DNA of 64,000 nucleotides from Rhodothermales bacterium. Lineage in GTDB: Bacteria > Bacteroidota > Rhodothermia > Rhodothermales > JAHQVL01. Each line of letters opens with the position of its first letter. The first letter of the stretch is position 1. Of this stretch, positions 63,655 to 64,000 are shown piece after piece. A program made the position numbers and the translations under genes. The notes under the pieces are model-generated. The model saw only the letters and a program-made list of their open reading frames with translations. It was not told the DNA's origin and searched no databases. The stretch spans positions 1,878-65,877 of the forward strand of contig CBDHHF010000016.1 of assembly GCA_965263205.1 (NCBI GenBank). The letters run 5' to 3'.

Positions 63655-64000
63655 TTATCCTACAAACTTATAGCCCAACCCATGGACGGTCAGGATGAAC
63701 TGTGGCCGGCGTGCGTTGGGCTCAAGTTTTTGGCGGAGCCATGCAACGTGGACATCGATGGTACGGGTGGAAGGGAGTGCGTCGTAGCCCCAAACTTCAT
63801 TGAGGAGTTCATCGCGAGAAAGGGTCGCGCCCTTGTGCTCGGCAAAATAACGCAAGAGTTGAAATTCTTTTGCCGATAAATCAATCATGGTGCCGTCGCG
63901 CTTGACTTCGGCTTTTCGAAAGTCAATGCTGATGTCCCCGAAGCTGTACGTATCTATTTGACCTTGTTGCGGCGCTTGTTTCTGCGTTCTGCGGAGCAGC
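63655..64000 (-). CDS. OmpR/PhoB-type response regulator, C-terminal winged-helix part (5' end outside window)
   Basis: The frame is open to the window edge. ..FGDISIDFRKAEVKRDGTMIDLSAKEFQLLRYFAEHKGATLSRDELLNEVWGYD..RTIDVHVAWLRQKLE..ILTVHGLGYKF. Confidence 0.88.
   Translation of the reverse strand, partial: LLRRTQKQAPQQGQIDTYSFGDISIDFRKAEVKRDGTMIDLSAKEFQLLRYFAEHKGATLSRDELLNEVWGYDALPSTRTIDVHVAWLRQKLEPNARRPQFILTVHGLGYKFVG

Noticed and set aside
1-64000. tRNA, rRNA, tmRNA, RNase P and SRP RNA genes, plus integrases, transposases and defence genes.
   Set aside because: I found no T-loop/acceptor-like patterns, no conserved ncRNA cores, and no recombinase, nuclease or helicase signatures while reading both strands. 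This absence is by eye only and should be confirmed with tRNAscan, Infernal and HMM tools.

Overview
This 64-kb chromosomal segment reads like an FCB-group genome (Bacteroidota, Rhodothermota or Balneolota-like). All calls come from motifs I recognised by eye, because no homology search or folding was possible.

The taxonomic guess rests on these features:
- Three proteins carry T9SS (Por) C-terminal sorting domains.
- Two ECF sigma / FecR / TonB-dependent receptor (TBDR) operons are present.
- A third TBDR is paired with a DUF4249-type lipoprotein.
- There is a DUF5683-like protein and a membrane-anchored AraC regulator.

I support about 50 protein genes. I saw no tRNA, rRNA, CRISPR array, integrase or recognisable phage or defence genes.

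Gene content from left to right:
- An MMPL exporter, a LolA-like protein and a beta-barrel.
- ECF/FecR/TBDR operon 1 plus a T9SS cargo gene.
- A lipoprotein, GAF sigma54 activator, PEGA Ser/Thr kinase, Kelch/cadherin T9SS protein and DUF5683 block.
- Two CspA paralogues.
- A SoxCD-like sulfite dehydrogenase with a redoxin.
- LuxR and AraC regulators.
- Two sulfatases, DoxX and mtgA.
- ECF/FecR operon 2 with two tandem TBDRs.
- Small housekeeping genes: GNAT, O-methyltransferase, HxlR, quinone oxidoreductase, M23 peptidase.
- An ECF sigma / anti-sigma pair followed by three exported HEAT-repeat proteins.
- SRPBCC, a CN-hydrolase, a LamG T9SS protein and a TIM-barrel isomerase.
- A NEW3-like protein, an ABC ATPase, two large ABC-2 permeases, a TBDR and DUF4249.
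- An ECF-type sigma, AraC, and a partial OmpR-type regulator.

Most interesting observations:
1. A compact GAF-bEBP / PEGA-kinase module sits immediately upstream of a sigma54 -24/-12 element that would drive a T9SS adhesin operon. Three further GG-N10-GC elements lie 41-58 nt upstream of other start codons, one of them before an ECF sigma gene.
2. An ECF sigma / anti-sigma operon encodes three signal-peptide-bearing HEAT-repeat proteins. It is preceded by a 1.75-kb gene desert containing a 277-bp tandem duplication.
3. The repeat landscape is rich: a MITE-like element with about 25-bp terminal inverted repeats in two copies, REP-like elements, a heptanucleotide microsatellite, and short motifs placed just 3' of TBDR operons.
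4. Six single-nucleotide frameshifts fall in five otherwise well-conserved genes. These are either assembly errors or real pseudogenes.
5. The palindrome GCCGGC is conspicuously over-represented.
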